A stretch of DNA of 20,000 nt, from NCBI RefSeq assembly GCF_024521635.1, contig NW_026250404.1:2477051-2497050 (forward strand), read 5' to 3'. Below are positions 1 to 11,615 of this stretch, piece by piece. The DNA is from Tricharina praecox. Lineage: Eukaryota. Each line of letters starts with the position of its first letter. Position 1 is the first letter of the stretch. The translations under genes and the position numbers were made by a program. The notes under the pieces were generated by a model that worked only from the letters and a program-made list of their open reading frames with translations, did no database searches and was not told where the DNA came from.

Positions 1-265
1 TGGCGGTAAAGAACGGGGGACCAGCAATAGATCCAACGTTGCCTAGTCACCGGCTTAGTTCAAAGTTGCCCCCGGGGAAAGGAGATGAAGACGAACCTAG
101 TTCGGTGGTGCCACGGGCGAAGATGACAGTGACGGGCGCACACTTGCGGCTCTTGACGTCGTTGCGCGAGCTGCTCAGTGATTGCCGGGCTTCGAGCTCC
201 CCGGCAGGGGCGGCGAGCGCGGTGGTTGCCGCGAAGATAAGACCGAGGGTGGCGAGGAAGTGCAT
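1..265 (-). CDS. Secreted cutinase (CE5), paralog 1; 3' part lies outside the window. Exons 265-97 and 42-<1, intron 96-43
   Basis: Signal peptide MHFLATLGLIFAATTALA, then LEARQ and CAPVTVIFARGTTE. A GTTCGT...CTAAG...TAG intron (54 nt) joins G|GC to give GNVGSIAGPPFFTA, identical to the paralog at 3971-4725. Confidence 0.92.
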
Positions 266-644
266 ATTTGTTGGAAGTTTTTAGGGAGTGAATGAATGTT
301 TATTGCTACCAGGCAATCGATGGATAGAAAATGAATGAATGGCAGGCTGATATGACACTTGGAACTCCAGGTAGTAGGCTGTGCTGCTGCTTGTGGAGCT
401 TCAACAACACTGGGGAGTACGTAGGGTGTTCTTATACTCGGATTATTCTTTTTCGTTTTTGTCCTCATCGTGCGTTCGTGTCATTCATTTCACTTCATCG
501 TCTTTCGATAAGAGTCCGAGATACCGAATACCGAGGCAGTTTTAATCCTATCTCAGTATCCACTGATATCTCTGGCTTTCGTATGAGGAGCGGGGGGGGC
601 ACCTAGGCGAAGAATGGAATATGGATTATAGGAGAGGCGGCGGC

Positions 645-669
645 GGGGGGGGGGGGGGGGGGGGGGGGG
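645..669 (+). repeat. G homopolymer, 25 nt
   Basis: Counted directly in the sequence. Confidence 0.9.
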
Positions 670-1189
670 AAGGTTCCAGCAGACCAAGTGCCTCAATAAT
701 TAAGAAACCCTGAAGTCCCTTTAGTCGTGATTTGGCCGGGGGAGGACATTTATCCAATAATGCGGCGGCATAAGATCGACTATTCGGAGTATCAAGCATA
801 TGAGGAAAATTAATAATATTAAAAATCCGCTGACAGCGCATAGTGGGCCAAGCTGTTCGAGGCTGTCGTCCCGGATTCACGGAATTCATTGCGCCGAATG
901 ATGTTCTCGGCGCATGGAATGCACCAAAGTCTCCTGCCTGTCGGCTTCACTTGATGGTCACTGAAGCAAGGTTAGCAAAGCCAATACCCATTTACTCCCG
1001 CCGGTTTCATAGCAACAAGTGAAGCGGCGGCGACATTCGGACCTTCTACAGTTGACCGACACTAGATCTTTCGATTCGACGGCCACAGGGTTGCTCTTGG
1101 CTAATTAAGTAATAGAAGATACACATGTACTTAAGAGAAGGAGGCGGAGATTGTGTGGGGAATTCTAAGGTGCGCGACTCAGTTGCGGG

Positions 1190-1234
1190 GGATGCATCGA
1201 TAATGGGGTGGATGCATCGATAGTGGGGTGGATG
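1190..1234. repeat. 20-bp tandem repeat, about 2.2 copies
   Basis: GGATGCATCGATA(A/G)TGGGGT twice, followed by GGATG. Confidence 0.85.
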
Positions 1235-2530
1235 AACAAACGTACTCTAAACAAGCGAGCGGTCCAACCATACTATACCTAGGCAACTCTCTACGTATCC
1301 TGAGTTACTCTGTCCACGGATGGCCTTGTCTGGTGGCCGTCGGGAAACCCAAGTGATGCCACGGCGACACGTGAGAGCCGGATGGTTCGAGACGAAAGGA
1401 ATGGCCGTCATATATTCCATTGCCGTGGGGCCAACCTCAACCGTGCGCCAAGTCCGGGAGGCCGCCGAGTTGGATCCGGGCCGGCTGAAAGCCGTGACAG
1501 GGGCAATTCTGTCTGTGAGTTGCCAGCCGCTAGCCATATGGGTAAACGGTGAGATGAAAACACTGAAAATCATCACCTGCCTCTTGGTTTCGCAGATCGG
1601 CCAAGCCCAACCAAACAGCAATCTGAAAGGCATGCAGTATGGAGTCGTAGCGAAGCTCTAGCTCCAGCCCCAGCGTGAAGGTGATTCTCATCCCAAATCG
1701 CAGGCGGTAGACTTGGCATCTGCTCTGCCCCGCGACCACCGGCCACCACTGGCGGTGGGCAGCCAAATAGAATATCTACCGGTAGTTTGGTCAGTCTGCG
1801 TGATCCACGGCGACCAAGGTAGTCAACTGTATCCATTCGACATCGACCGAGGTAGCAACGGTGTGTCCGGACGAGCGAGCTTCTTACGCCTTAGCTTACA
1901 TTGTGCCCGGTCAAAGCAACCTCCATTCTGCTCTGAAGTATGCGGATGCTTGTCTCTATGCCTACATAGCGCCGAAGAATACGGGTGCCGCGCTTCACCC
2001 AGGAAGCCTTCAAAAACAGCGGCCCAGAGATTCGGAAAACATGGTAATTCTGCAGCTCCATGCGTATACAATCGGGACGACCTGGAGATGTGACACTAAG
2101 CATTACCGGGCGTTGACCTCTGCCAGTTTATACGGCAGGTGGATGCGGGTACCTGTAGTAGTTGAATAGACTCCTCCCTTTAAGATAGGTAAGCATTGGA
2201 GAGAAAGCTTTTGAGAATAGGTGAGCGTTTGTGTGCTTCATGGTCTCGTGAAACGCTGCGCCATTGACCGAGGATCAACATCCAAGCGTGGCGGTAAGCC
2301 ATCGTCCCAACGCTTGAGATTTACCGCATGTTAGTATCCGCGAGACAGTAGTAGAGCTGCAGGTGTATTTCGGAAATTTTGAGCGGAGGCAAGCAGGATG
2401 TTGTCGATGGCATGTAAACCAAGTTTCCGGAATTCCGTACCAAGGAAACTGTCCTATTAGGAGATATGCACAGTTCGCAATATACGTGTTCAGATTTTGG
2501 AGTTGAAATACGGCCGTATTCGTAAATAAG

Positions 2531-2646
2531 AAATTATGGAAAGGGGAGGCGGTCTAAGTACGAACACATTTGTTGCCAATAAATTACGGGGAGAGGGGGG
2601 AGTTGACGTATAAACGTATTTGTTGCCCATAAAGTAGGGGAAGAGG
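2531..2646. repeat. Degenerate tandem repeat of about 50 bp, about 2.3 copies
   Basis: AAATTAYGG, a purine run and ATTTGTTGCCMATAAA recur at about 49-50 bp spacing. Confidence 0.55.
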
Positions 2647-3970
2647 ATTAAGGTGCAATCTTTCTCGTAGCTGCATATATATAGAGCCTATAAGAACGTT
2701 GCGCGTAGAGGGATACTCTACTTATCTTGGTTTCGCAATATGACGGAAACTCGGAACGCGGGAAAGCGATCAGCCCTGGTCCCGCTTTGCAGCAAGTGGC
2801 CAGGCCCTCGAGGCTTTAGTATAATAGCCCTGTGGATCTCGATTTTACCTCGAACCCCTCACAGAGTCCGCATCTCCTAGACCTCTTTCCATCCAGACCC
2901 CATGATGTCCGCTGCCCGTATCCTGCGACATCCAACGTCGTTTCATAATGGAGTCGCGATGCCCCAGCCCCACAAACCCCTGTGCCAGAAGTAGTCCTCC
3001 TTTCCATTGTCCATATTTTGTACTTCCCATGGCCGTTTTTCTCTTGCCTTGCTCCGCATGATTCCCTGGCTTTCACATCCTTTCTCCTGCGACCTCCCAG
3101 GTCGGCTCCTCTCCCGGCCACCTCATGGTGGAAACTTCTTTGCCGCCGGTAAGACACGTAGATTCATACTGATGATGTAGAGGTCCGCTTATCAAGCCTC
3201 GTGATCCCGGTGAGATTTCGCGCGAAGTTTACTACCTAGTACGTTTCACCGTGTGGTGGCCAGAGAACGGCGAAGGCGATCGGCCCGAAAGAATTGTTTC
3301 AGGTTCCTCCCGAGGCCATTGCCGGGGGTTGTGAGTCAGTCCCGAACATCGATGAGCAGGGGGTATATAAAGCCAAGGTACTCTACATACATAAGACTGC
3401 GACGAGATTATGTAGCTGCCAAATTCAGGGATTAGGATGATCGGGAATCCCCACCCTCGCCTACCCTCCTGTTTCATAAAACTTCCGAGCGAAACTCAAT
3501 TGTAGACTAGTACTCTGCAGGCGCTCGGACTATCAAAATGTTTGGGTGAAGACATTGTGGCACGAATTCATGGCACCGACGAACCGGGGGACATCTGTCA
3601 CCCGATGGAACCCAGGGAACAAAGGAGGCACGGCAGTGCGGTTGAAGCGTACACAAACATGTCCATCATTGAGTGCTGCAGTGAATGATGAGAGACCTAG
3701 AAACTAGATCGTAGTCACGGGTGAACTTCTGCAGGTGAGACTTATGTTGCACCGAAAATCACGCGAGAGGCCCTCCTCCGTAGATAATGCTGTGCACAGC
3801 GTATATTTTCTTCGGTATAGGCGTTCCAGCACCCTACAAACCCAGAGAATCTTTCCACACATTCAGCACTCTGGCTCCCATTGCATCTTTGTTGCCCCTC
3901 CCCCGTCCCCACCCCCGACCATTCCACCTTCCTCTGATCGATCCCCCACGTCCCTCGATCACTCGTGTAC

Positions 3971-4725
3971 CTAACCGATCTGGCTCTTGACAAAGCTCGC
4001 AGCCGCAGTGGCATCGCTACCGTAACCGAGATGTGCGGCCAGGATGATACTCTGTCCAGCGCAGATAAGATCACCGGTCGCGCAGAAGGTCTTCGTCTTG
4101 GACTGCAGATCGCCCCAGGAGTCCCCGTTGTTTGGGTCGCCGAAGAGTACGATCGCAACTACCTTGGCCTCAGCGGTTCCAAGTTGAGCGGCTGCCTTGC
4201 GTGTGACTTGGGCGCCCTGACTGTAGCCCGACAGGACGAGTTTGGTGTCCGGGCAGTTTGTGATGGCGGTTTGAGCGTACTGAGCCATGTTCTTTGCGCC
4301 GTCGCTGCTGCCGCCAGCCAAGAAACCGGCAACCTGGAGATTCCATCAGCAAATACAGCACGATTGAGGGGGGGTGGTAAAGAGGAGGCCTCCACTCACA
4401 TCAGCGGGGTAGTCGACGCCCTGCACAGCCGTGGTTCCGACGGCTTTATCCAACGCGGTGAAGAAAGGTGGTCCGGCGATGCTTCCGACGTTTCCTTCAT
4501 CACCTTAGCATTAGCTACTTTGCCCTCACTTGGAACTTCGCCGTTCACTAGGGTGACTTTACCAGCCTCTGTGGTTCCACGGGCATAGATGACCGTCACT
4601 GCTGCACACTTCTTGTTCTTAACATCGTTGCGTGAGCTGCTTAGCTGTCGGGCCTCCAGCTTGGTGGGAGCTGCAAGAGAGGTGGCCACGAAGGCAATGC
4701 TGACAAGGCTGACGAGGAACTTCAT
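3971..4725 (-). CDS. Secreted cutinase (CE5), paralog 2, about 206 aa. Exons 4725-4563, 4494-4400, 4333-3971
   Basis: Signal peptide, CAAVTVIYARGTTE, VQGVDYPAD, catalytic GYSQG, LFGDP, CATGDLIC (Asp) and AHLGY (His). Two GT-AG introns (4562-4495, 4399-4334) give a 621-nt in-frame CDS. Confidence 0.95.
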
Positions 4726-4844
4726 GGTGGATCAGGACGAATGGACAAGAGTTTGAAGGAATGCGAGAGTCGTGAGTGACGAATGAAAGTGTTGCGGATG
4801 CCGATGCTGATGTAGGTCTGGAAGAAAATGGGACGCAAACCACA

Positions 4845-4853
4845 CCTTTATAT
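4845..4853 (-). promoter_or_regulatory. Probable TATA box of cutinase 2
   Basis: The minus strand reads ATATAAAGG about 120 bp upstream of the ATG at 4725. Confidence 0.5.
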
Positions 4854-6925
4854 CCTCGTCCTCCATTTCCTTCTTGCCCCACATCCCGTGTGATGTCGCT
4901 CTAACTGGCAGAATACCTACTACTAGTAGATGCGATAAGAGAAGGACCACAACCTAGGTGGGCTTCCAGAGCAATTCCGAGGGCTGCTTTCAAAGTTCTT
5001 GCCAATACTGTGGAACGTATGTGGTGGGGTACATGGATACCAGGGTATCCTGCGTCTGTACTGGAAGCCGCCGGTAGGGCCACCCAACTCGAAACGTAGT
5101 CTCTTTTTTCTCGTTATAGGCGTGTGATCCAATCTGGTCCGTCGATAGGATCTCGGAGTAATCTATCGCAGAGCTGTGAATGTAACAACACAACAGTGAC
5201 TCTTGGCGCGGCAACCATTGGCACTGGTACCGGATCGTGCGACATATCGGTTGACAAGCGATGTAAGCGCTCAACCAGAAGAGGCATCTATCTCCGCCTC
5301 CGATGGCAATGGATTATTTTCACTGACTACACTCGCAAACCGAGTCTTGGGGGGTTTCGTCTCAACAGTAGGAACTTTTCAAGTCAAAAGTACACAGCAT
5401 ACGCCCTGCGACTCGGAAAACTCGCCAGCATCTACTTAGAATCGACAAGCCTTTTCAACTCTAGGAACAAACGGTTAAACTGGAAGGTAAATTTGCGTGC
5501 CGAAATAGATATGCATCCATCCTACATAACGATGCATTGCGGGGTACATAAGCGCATAACCCGTAGATTACGAGGGTATTCCGGCGCCGAGAAACCCTGC
5601 AACCACGTCTTGGTCTTGAGGGGATCTTTTTACATGTAATAGCATCTACATATGCAGTTCAGAAATCGCCGGTGGCGATGCGGGGTTCAATCACAGCCGA
5701 TGGTTATGGTGGTCCTGCTCGGTCGTTCTAATGCACTCGCGCCTAAGCCAGGGCTTCTCCGGATGACACGAGCCTATTCACTGTTCCCGCCCTGATGTAT
5801 TCCCACAAACCTTACGTGCTCTGCTGGAATCGTGATGCACGTCGCTAAGCTCGAACATCTGTTCCCCATCTCGGGAGCAAATTCATCGGCATGGAGGGCA
5901 ACCGCGGGTCAAGCTCGGCGCTGCTCTACTGAGTCGGGCCCGGCCAAAAACTCGGTAAGCCCCCCCTCGGGCCTCTCTGCGATCTGTGGCCCAGCCGCTT
6001 ATCGATCAATAGAACAGTGGTGGAGCCACGGATTGTAGCGAGGGGGATCATAGACTTTTCGGCCGCCCGAGTATGTACACGAATACGGTCTACTATTAGT
6101 GAGCATGTATCAGGTGGATTCCATACCGTGCAGACGGGACCACTTCCTCCTTCGGCGGTTCCGGGAGGGTAGCGATTCCGCACTCTACTCTAGCTCAACT
6201 ACTGAGTAGTCTCCCGCACTAATCGTAGCGCAGCCGAGGTTGACTTCTTCGAAAATACTTATGTACATCGCTTCGGAAATACCTCCTTGAGCACGGGGAA
6301 GGCCGCCTGTCTGGCTAATATTGGAGATCTTTCCTTGCTGCGCTGCAGAATTAAGGCATTGAAAACAGATCCGCCTGCGCGATCATTGAAGGAAAATTAT
6401 GGATCCCGCCGAGGGATATGTCCTACACAAGGACCCTGTAATAAACAGATAAATTTCTATGTATCTGAAAGTTCATATGGTATCCAGATCGTTGTGTTTA
6501 GCGGTTAAACGTTCTGAGATGCAATTAATGTAAGCCGCGGTTCGCGTAACTGGGCGTGCGCCTCATGCTACGTGCACTGGCTTCACTGTTTCTCACTCAG
6601 ATGAGATTATGGGCAATCAAGCGGGTCTGTGTCGCAATGTAACGCGTCACGGTGCCGTCGTTATTAATTGTACGTTCGTTGGCAAACGAAACCGCCGCAT
6701 CAACTCACATGTGACATCAGCTGCCATCACTCAGTCACGTTCGATATGAACCATGAAAATTTGCAAACCGACGTTGGACGAAGAACGGTAAAACGGCCCA
6801 CGAGAAGGCTGATAATCCCAACTGTTAGAATATCCAGTGTTCTATATAGTCCGAACGGACTGGACAGGATCATTCGGGTCCGGTCTGTTCCTTATGGGGG
6901 ACGGGATAAAATTGGTCCGTGCCGT

Positions 6926-7052
6926 CAGCCGCCACATTGTAGTAGTCCGTTAGTGGGAAAAGAAAAAAAAAACAGTTCCAATCTTTTCCAGCCGCCACAT
7001 TGTAGTAGTCCGTTAGTGGGAAAAGAAAAAAAAAAACAGTTCCAATCTTTTC
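6926..7052. repeat. Near-perfect 63-bp tandem duplication
   Basis: CAGCCGCCACATTGTAGTAGTCCGTTAGTGGGAAAAG(A)nCAGTTCCAATCTTTTC starts at 6926 and again at 6989; the copies differ only in the length of the A run. Confidence 0.95.
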
Positions 7053-8840
7053 AGAACTTAGCCCACGAAAGATGGCAGTGAACCTCTTCCAGCTATTGTG
7101 TGAACTTCAGCCTACACGTCAACGCAGAAAAACGTCATAAGACACTGTGGAGGGACCGAGGATGATTTCTTACCGGGGGATACAATGCGGCTCGCCCCAA
7201 CGTTGGAAAAGATCGTCAGCCCTGCGAGGGTCTGGTGCCAGATTGACAACCATTAAATCCATGGGACCACAAGCGTCTGGCTCTCGGTCAGCAGAATCAG
7301 ATCATTCACATGATAGGCTGTTTTCAGCACGATCTGCCTTTCGGTGACTGAGTTATTGAAAAGAGATGATGTACGCTCTATGTGAGAAGGATTTAGAATA
7401 GTTTTCGACAGCCCAAAGTAGGTCTGCAACGTGGAGGAGCTCTCCCTCTTGTATTCATACAAATGTCGCCTTATGATTTCTTTTCCGCGGTACTATGTAG
7501 CATTCTTGAGAGTCGACTGCAGCCGACTGCAGTCCCACCTGCCCAACTTTACCGGAGATTAATCCGTCCAGCACACACCTCCGGACGGACGTGATGAATG
7601 TAGTCCAGTCTCATTCATGGATCCGGACGGACTGAACTCAACTAGGTATATCGAACTCTGGGAATGTCAGTACCTAGGTACCTTAGTCCTTTCTCAAAAC
7701 CACGGTAACCTCTGCTATGGCTACTATCGTAACAGGCGGTCAAGCAGCCCAGAAAAGTGAGCTGTGACATGTGTCAGTATCTTAGTATTAAACACCGGGG
7801 CTACCTTGAGCTGTAAGGAGTGAGAGTATGCTCCAGGGGAAAACAATAACCCCGGATAGGTACTTCAATGAGAACCTAATTGTCAACTGGTTCGTGACCC
7901 GGCAAGAGCACCAGCGGGGTTCTTATATCTTGGTGAGTCGTCTCTCGGGGAGTTCCTCGCGATTCTGCATCGGAGAGTTTGTATGAGCTAACTGAATCCG
8001 GAGCCAACGGATGAGAGGACCTCCCGACAGGGGATTGGGGTGCGTGGGAGTGTCAAGCGGCATCATCATCCCCAAACCGGGCAAGTACTGTACTTTCTGG
8101 GGTTCTAATATTGGCTGAAGGGCGGTGATTGCATATATGGCACTTGCTGTCTGGAAGGTGGTGGAGGTTTGATGCAGGTCGGACTTGCGTGCGTTTCTCG
8201 GCATGGCATTGAGTGAATCATGAGTAGGGAAAATAATTGTATAAAAATCAGGACAAGTCGAATGTCGACAAAGATGTGGATAAAAGGGCCCAGAGTCATG
8301 TCTACAAGCAAATGGCAAGATACCTGTTCTGTGGAGTCGTATAAAGGCTAGCCTTCGACAAAAGCGTAAGTGAGGCCACATCATGGACACCCAGAAACCA
8401 TGCGGTAATACGTGCATACTTAAATAAGCTTATGTGCACTTTTTGGAGAGCCTGAATGCTTCTAATAATCTTCCGAAGGAATATCATGTGTTTTTGAGGG
8501 AAGATTCCCGTGATTTTCAGCTAGTGACACTATTTCCGAGTGATATCCGAAGCATGACGCCACTACCTAGTTAGGGCATCCCGGCAAGCCACCGTGCACT
8601 GGCCACAGTCGCTTGCGTAACTCTAGCCACTCCCGGCTTTCACGAGCGATGACCAAAATATGACGTATGACATCGCCCTCCTCTGTCGCAAGGAAAACAA
8701 TGAAAATGACCGAACCAGCGCAACGCACAAAACCGATCTACTTTCCTCTTCTCCTTCATTTCTCCGTCCTGTAACAACATCGCTGTCCCCGTTACCACCG
8801 CCACCTCAACCTATCATAGCCATCTCTAACAAGACTCAAC

Positions 8841-9834
8841 ATGTCGTCGCTCAAAGACACTGTCCGAGACACCGTCAAGACGGAAGCTGCCGGCGTCACT
8901 TCCCTCGGCAAACAAGCTATCGAATCCGGCACCTACCTCTACCCTATCAAGGGAATTCTCTACTTCTTCACGCACCGCCAGCTATGGAAGCCATTGACTT
9001 CGCGACTCCTGCCCTTGTTGACCCTCAGTGCTGGCGTTGTGGTGCCCATGTTCTTGTTCACGTACGTCCACTCCTCACTCTCTCGCCTCAGATTTACTCC
9101 TAGGAAGTGCTCCCACTAAACGAACACAGCTACATCCCCCAGTCCTTTATCCTCCAATTCGTCAATGGCCCGCTGGCTTGGATCTCGACTATCGCGCTCG
9201 TTCTCTCGGAGAGCGCGGCCATCATCACCGCATTGAGCAAGAGCTTCTTGATCGACGATGCTTTGATCGATACGTTTGATTTGGTCCTCATGTCCGAGAA
9301 CCAGACTTCTCTCGTCAAGAACGGCCGCGAGCTCAAGTCGTCCGGTGGAGGCCTTGGGAAACTGTTGAAGCGCCCGTTCGCCAAGTTTTCGCCGCAGGCT
9401 ATCATTAAGTACTTCCTATACCTGCCGCTTAACTTTGTGCCTGTGGTCGGAACTGTCATCTTCCTGCTTGCCCAAGGTAAGTTAAAATTCATCGGTAAAG
9501 ATGATGACTCGCAAATACTGACAACGGAGTAGGTAGAGCTCAGGGACCCACTTACCACTCCCGATACTTTCAACTCAAGAGCTACACCCAATCGCAGAAG
9601 AATACGTTTATCGAACGCAACAAGCCCAAATACTTGGGCTTTGGAACTGTCGCAACCCTCCTGCAGCTTGTGCCTGGCGCTAGCATCCTCTTCCTTTACA
9701 CCAACACTGTCGGCGCCGCCTTGTGGGCTGTGGAGCTGGAACGGAAGGGTTTGACTCCGCCTGGAGAGGACCGCACCGGAAACGAGCTGGGTGATGCTCC
9801 TGCCACGAGGCAGCAGGCGAAGAAGGAATTGTAA
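8841..9834 (+). CDS. EI24-domain membrane protein (Rrt8/Lds-like), about 289 aa. Exons 8841-9061, 9130-9476, 9533-9834
   Basis: SGTYLYPIKGILYF...LWKP, FLFTYIPQ, hydrophobic helices, LPLNFVPVVGTVIF, GPTYHSRYFQLK, GFG...LLQLVP...TNTVGAALWA. Introns GTACGT..CAG (9062-9129) and GTAAGT..TAG (9477-9532) give an 870-nt in-frame CDS. The family call is from motif recall. Confidence 0.85.
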
Positions 9835-10096
9835 GTGCGTTCAGGGTAATGATGGCGTAGGGGGATAGTTGGATTTCGGTTGTACCTTGAAATTTGTTTC
9901 CTTTCGTGTTCCTGTATGTGGGTGGGGCGGATAGGCGCACACAGTTCGGGGAAAATAATGATTGCCTGCGATGAAATATTCCATCTCGGATTCTGTATTG
10001 TTTTTCTATGACAGCTTAAGTCCGTGACGGCACGATTTCATGTAGAAAAATGTTGGACGGCTTCTGCCGCTGTGAACTAGGCGGGGTGACTGGCAA

Positions 10097-11158
10097 CTAA
10101 TCCCGACCGCGCATATCTCCACTACCCTTCCTGCTCAAACGGACCTTAACCCAAAGCCCATAGTGATCGCTTGCCCATTCGGTCGTGTCATCGTCATCGC
10201 CACCGTCATCGTCGTCACTCTTACTCCCGTCGCTGACCTCGCCCGTCGGCTCCTCGAACCTTAAGCCCACGCCGATACGCCTCAAGAGCCGCCCTTCCTC
10301 CACCTCATCGAACGCAAAATCTCCACGGAACAGGACCTTATCCAATCTTCCTGGTGAAAACCTACAGGGCGGCTGATACCCCCAAGTATAGCCCTCCGTC
10401 TCCTCAGTCCCCTTCTGTAATTCCCACACATCTCCCAAGCCACAGCTTTTCGGGAAATCGTCGTCCTCTGGACAAATCGCGTTCATATCGCCCGCGATTA
10501 CACCTGCCCGAATGTCTCCCTCTTTCATCATCTCTGCCGCCATGGCAAGCTGCACGGGGCGAAACCTAACCCCTGGATGCGGTAGCGACTCCAGATGCGT
10601 ATTCCCCACTCTCAGGATACTGGGGTCGCCCTGCAGAGCTACGTCAAGGAACAGCACATCTCTTCCCATCTGCGTGCGCTCATAAGGCACTCTCCTCACC
10701 GCGATGACGGGTACATCGCGCGTCGCCAGAGAAACGGTAAAGTACCGTACCGATTCCGGACTTTCCAGGTGCGAAATCTGGAAGTTTTCCCTGATCCACT
10801 CGTTCCGAAACAGCACCACATGGGACTCCCAATCCACCTCCTGGAAAAGAACGATTGTATGCGACGGCGGCGAAGGCAAGGTGAAGGAGATATGGCCCAG
10901 GATCGCTTCCATCCGAGCGCCCGAGTGGTACGCGAAGGTATCGATGTTCCATGTGATTATCGAGATCGGTGTAGATGGGAGAAGTGATGGCGCTGTGGGC
11001 GTGGAGATCTGTCGCCACGAAGCGTCTCCGGTAGCGTCTTGTACAGGTGCCGCGAAGATGCATGGCATAGTGGGGGTGACCTCAATAGAAGGCGGTGTCG
11101 GCTCCCGAGGGGGAGTCTTCGACGTGAGAGGAGGCGCGGTGGATAAAGGAACGCTCAT
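10097..11158 (-). CDS. Endonuclease/exonuclease/phosphatase (EEP) family protein, TDP2-like, 353 aa
   Basis: EEP motifs appear in order: ITWNID, LFQEV, NTHLES, AGDMN, RLDKVL, SDHYGL. Single uninterrupted ORF. Confidence 0.9.
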   Translation of the reverse strand: MSVPLSTAPPLTSKTPPREPTPPSIEVTPTMPCIFAAPVQDATGDASWRQISTPTAPSLLPSTPISIITWNIDTFAYHSGARMEAILGHISFTLPSPPSHTIVLFQEVDWESHVVLFRNEWIRENFQISHLESPESVRYFTVSLATRDVPVIAVRRVPYERTQMGRDVLFLDVALQGDPSILRVGNTHLESLPHPGVRFRPVQLAMAAEMMKEGDIRAGVIAGDMNAICPEDDDFPKSCGLGDVWELQKGTEETEGYTWGYQPPCRFSPGRLDKVLFRGDFAFDEVEEGRLLRRIGVGLRFEEPTGEVSDGSKSDDDDGGDDDDTTEWASDHYGLWVKVRLSRKGSGDMRGRD

Positions 11159-11495
11159 TGTTTCGGTGTGGCGAGCAAAGATTGGTCGTGATGTGCAGCG
11201 TTGGTGATGATTTTGATGTCAAAGCGGGACAATACCTGATCGTCAAAAATATTTCACTGTAACGTGGGGGGAGTGGCGGACACAGGGGGTAGGTAGTCCG
11301 AATTTGGTTACTATGTAGCAAATATCCGCCATTCAGCCGGCTGAAGAAGGCTGGCTTGTGGTGCGGGCATAGGTGGCGCGGCGGCGGCGGCGAGGGATCT
11401 CATACTCGGCCGCACAGTCGCCTCACCATACCATTTGACATCAGCCCGACATCATAACCTATACACAAGTTGCCTCCACCCACCTGTCTCTCTAA

Positions 11496-11520
11496 CCCCC
11501 CCCCCCCCCCCCCCCCCCCC
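11496..11520 (+). repeat. C homopolymer, 25 nt
   Basis: Counted directly. Lies between the 3' end of the transcription factor gene and the start of the EEP gene. Confidence 0.9.
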
Positions 11521-11615
11521 GTGCCGTAGCTCGACTCCGTGGAAAAAATCAAAGGGATCTGATGGTATTACATAAAATTAACAGTCCAACGCCATGAATG
11601 CAAGAAACCCGTATC

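Noticed and set aside
1247..3480. Many 60-130 aa ORFs between the cutinases and a TATATAAA at about 3364
   Set aside because: No recognisable domain or consistent splice model. A decayed gene cannot be excluded without a translated homology search.
3965..4588. 207-aa plus-strand ORF, and similar antisense ORFs at 9130-9591, 10704-11207, 13069-13596 and 18964-19416
   Set aside because: They are shadows of real genes on the opposite strand and have no recognisable motifs.
5650..5720. tRNA-like GGTTCAATC
   Set aside because: No cloverleaf stems or A box could be built around it.
6926..7052. CRISPR-like array
   Set aside because: Eukaryotic context and only two adjacent copies with no spacers.
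5124..8487. ORFs 5124-5639, 6668-7081 and 7923-8417
   Set aside because: No motifs I recognise and overlapping frames of similar length; treated as intergenic or relic DNA.
11490..11500. CTAACCC as a telomerase RNA template or internal telomere seed (also at about 10566 and 12539)
   Set aside because: These are single short matches expected by chance, two of them inside coding exons, with no 1.5-repeat template.
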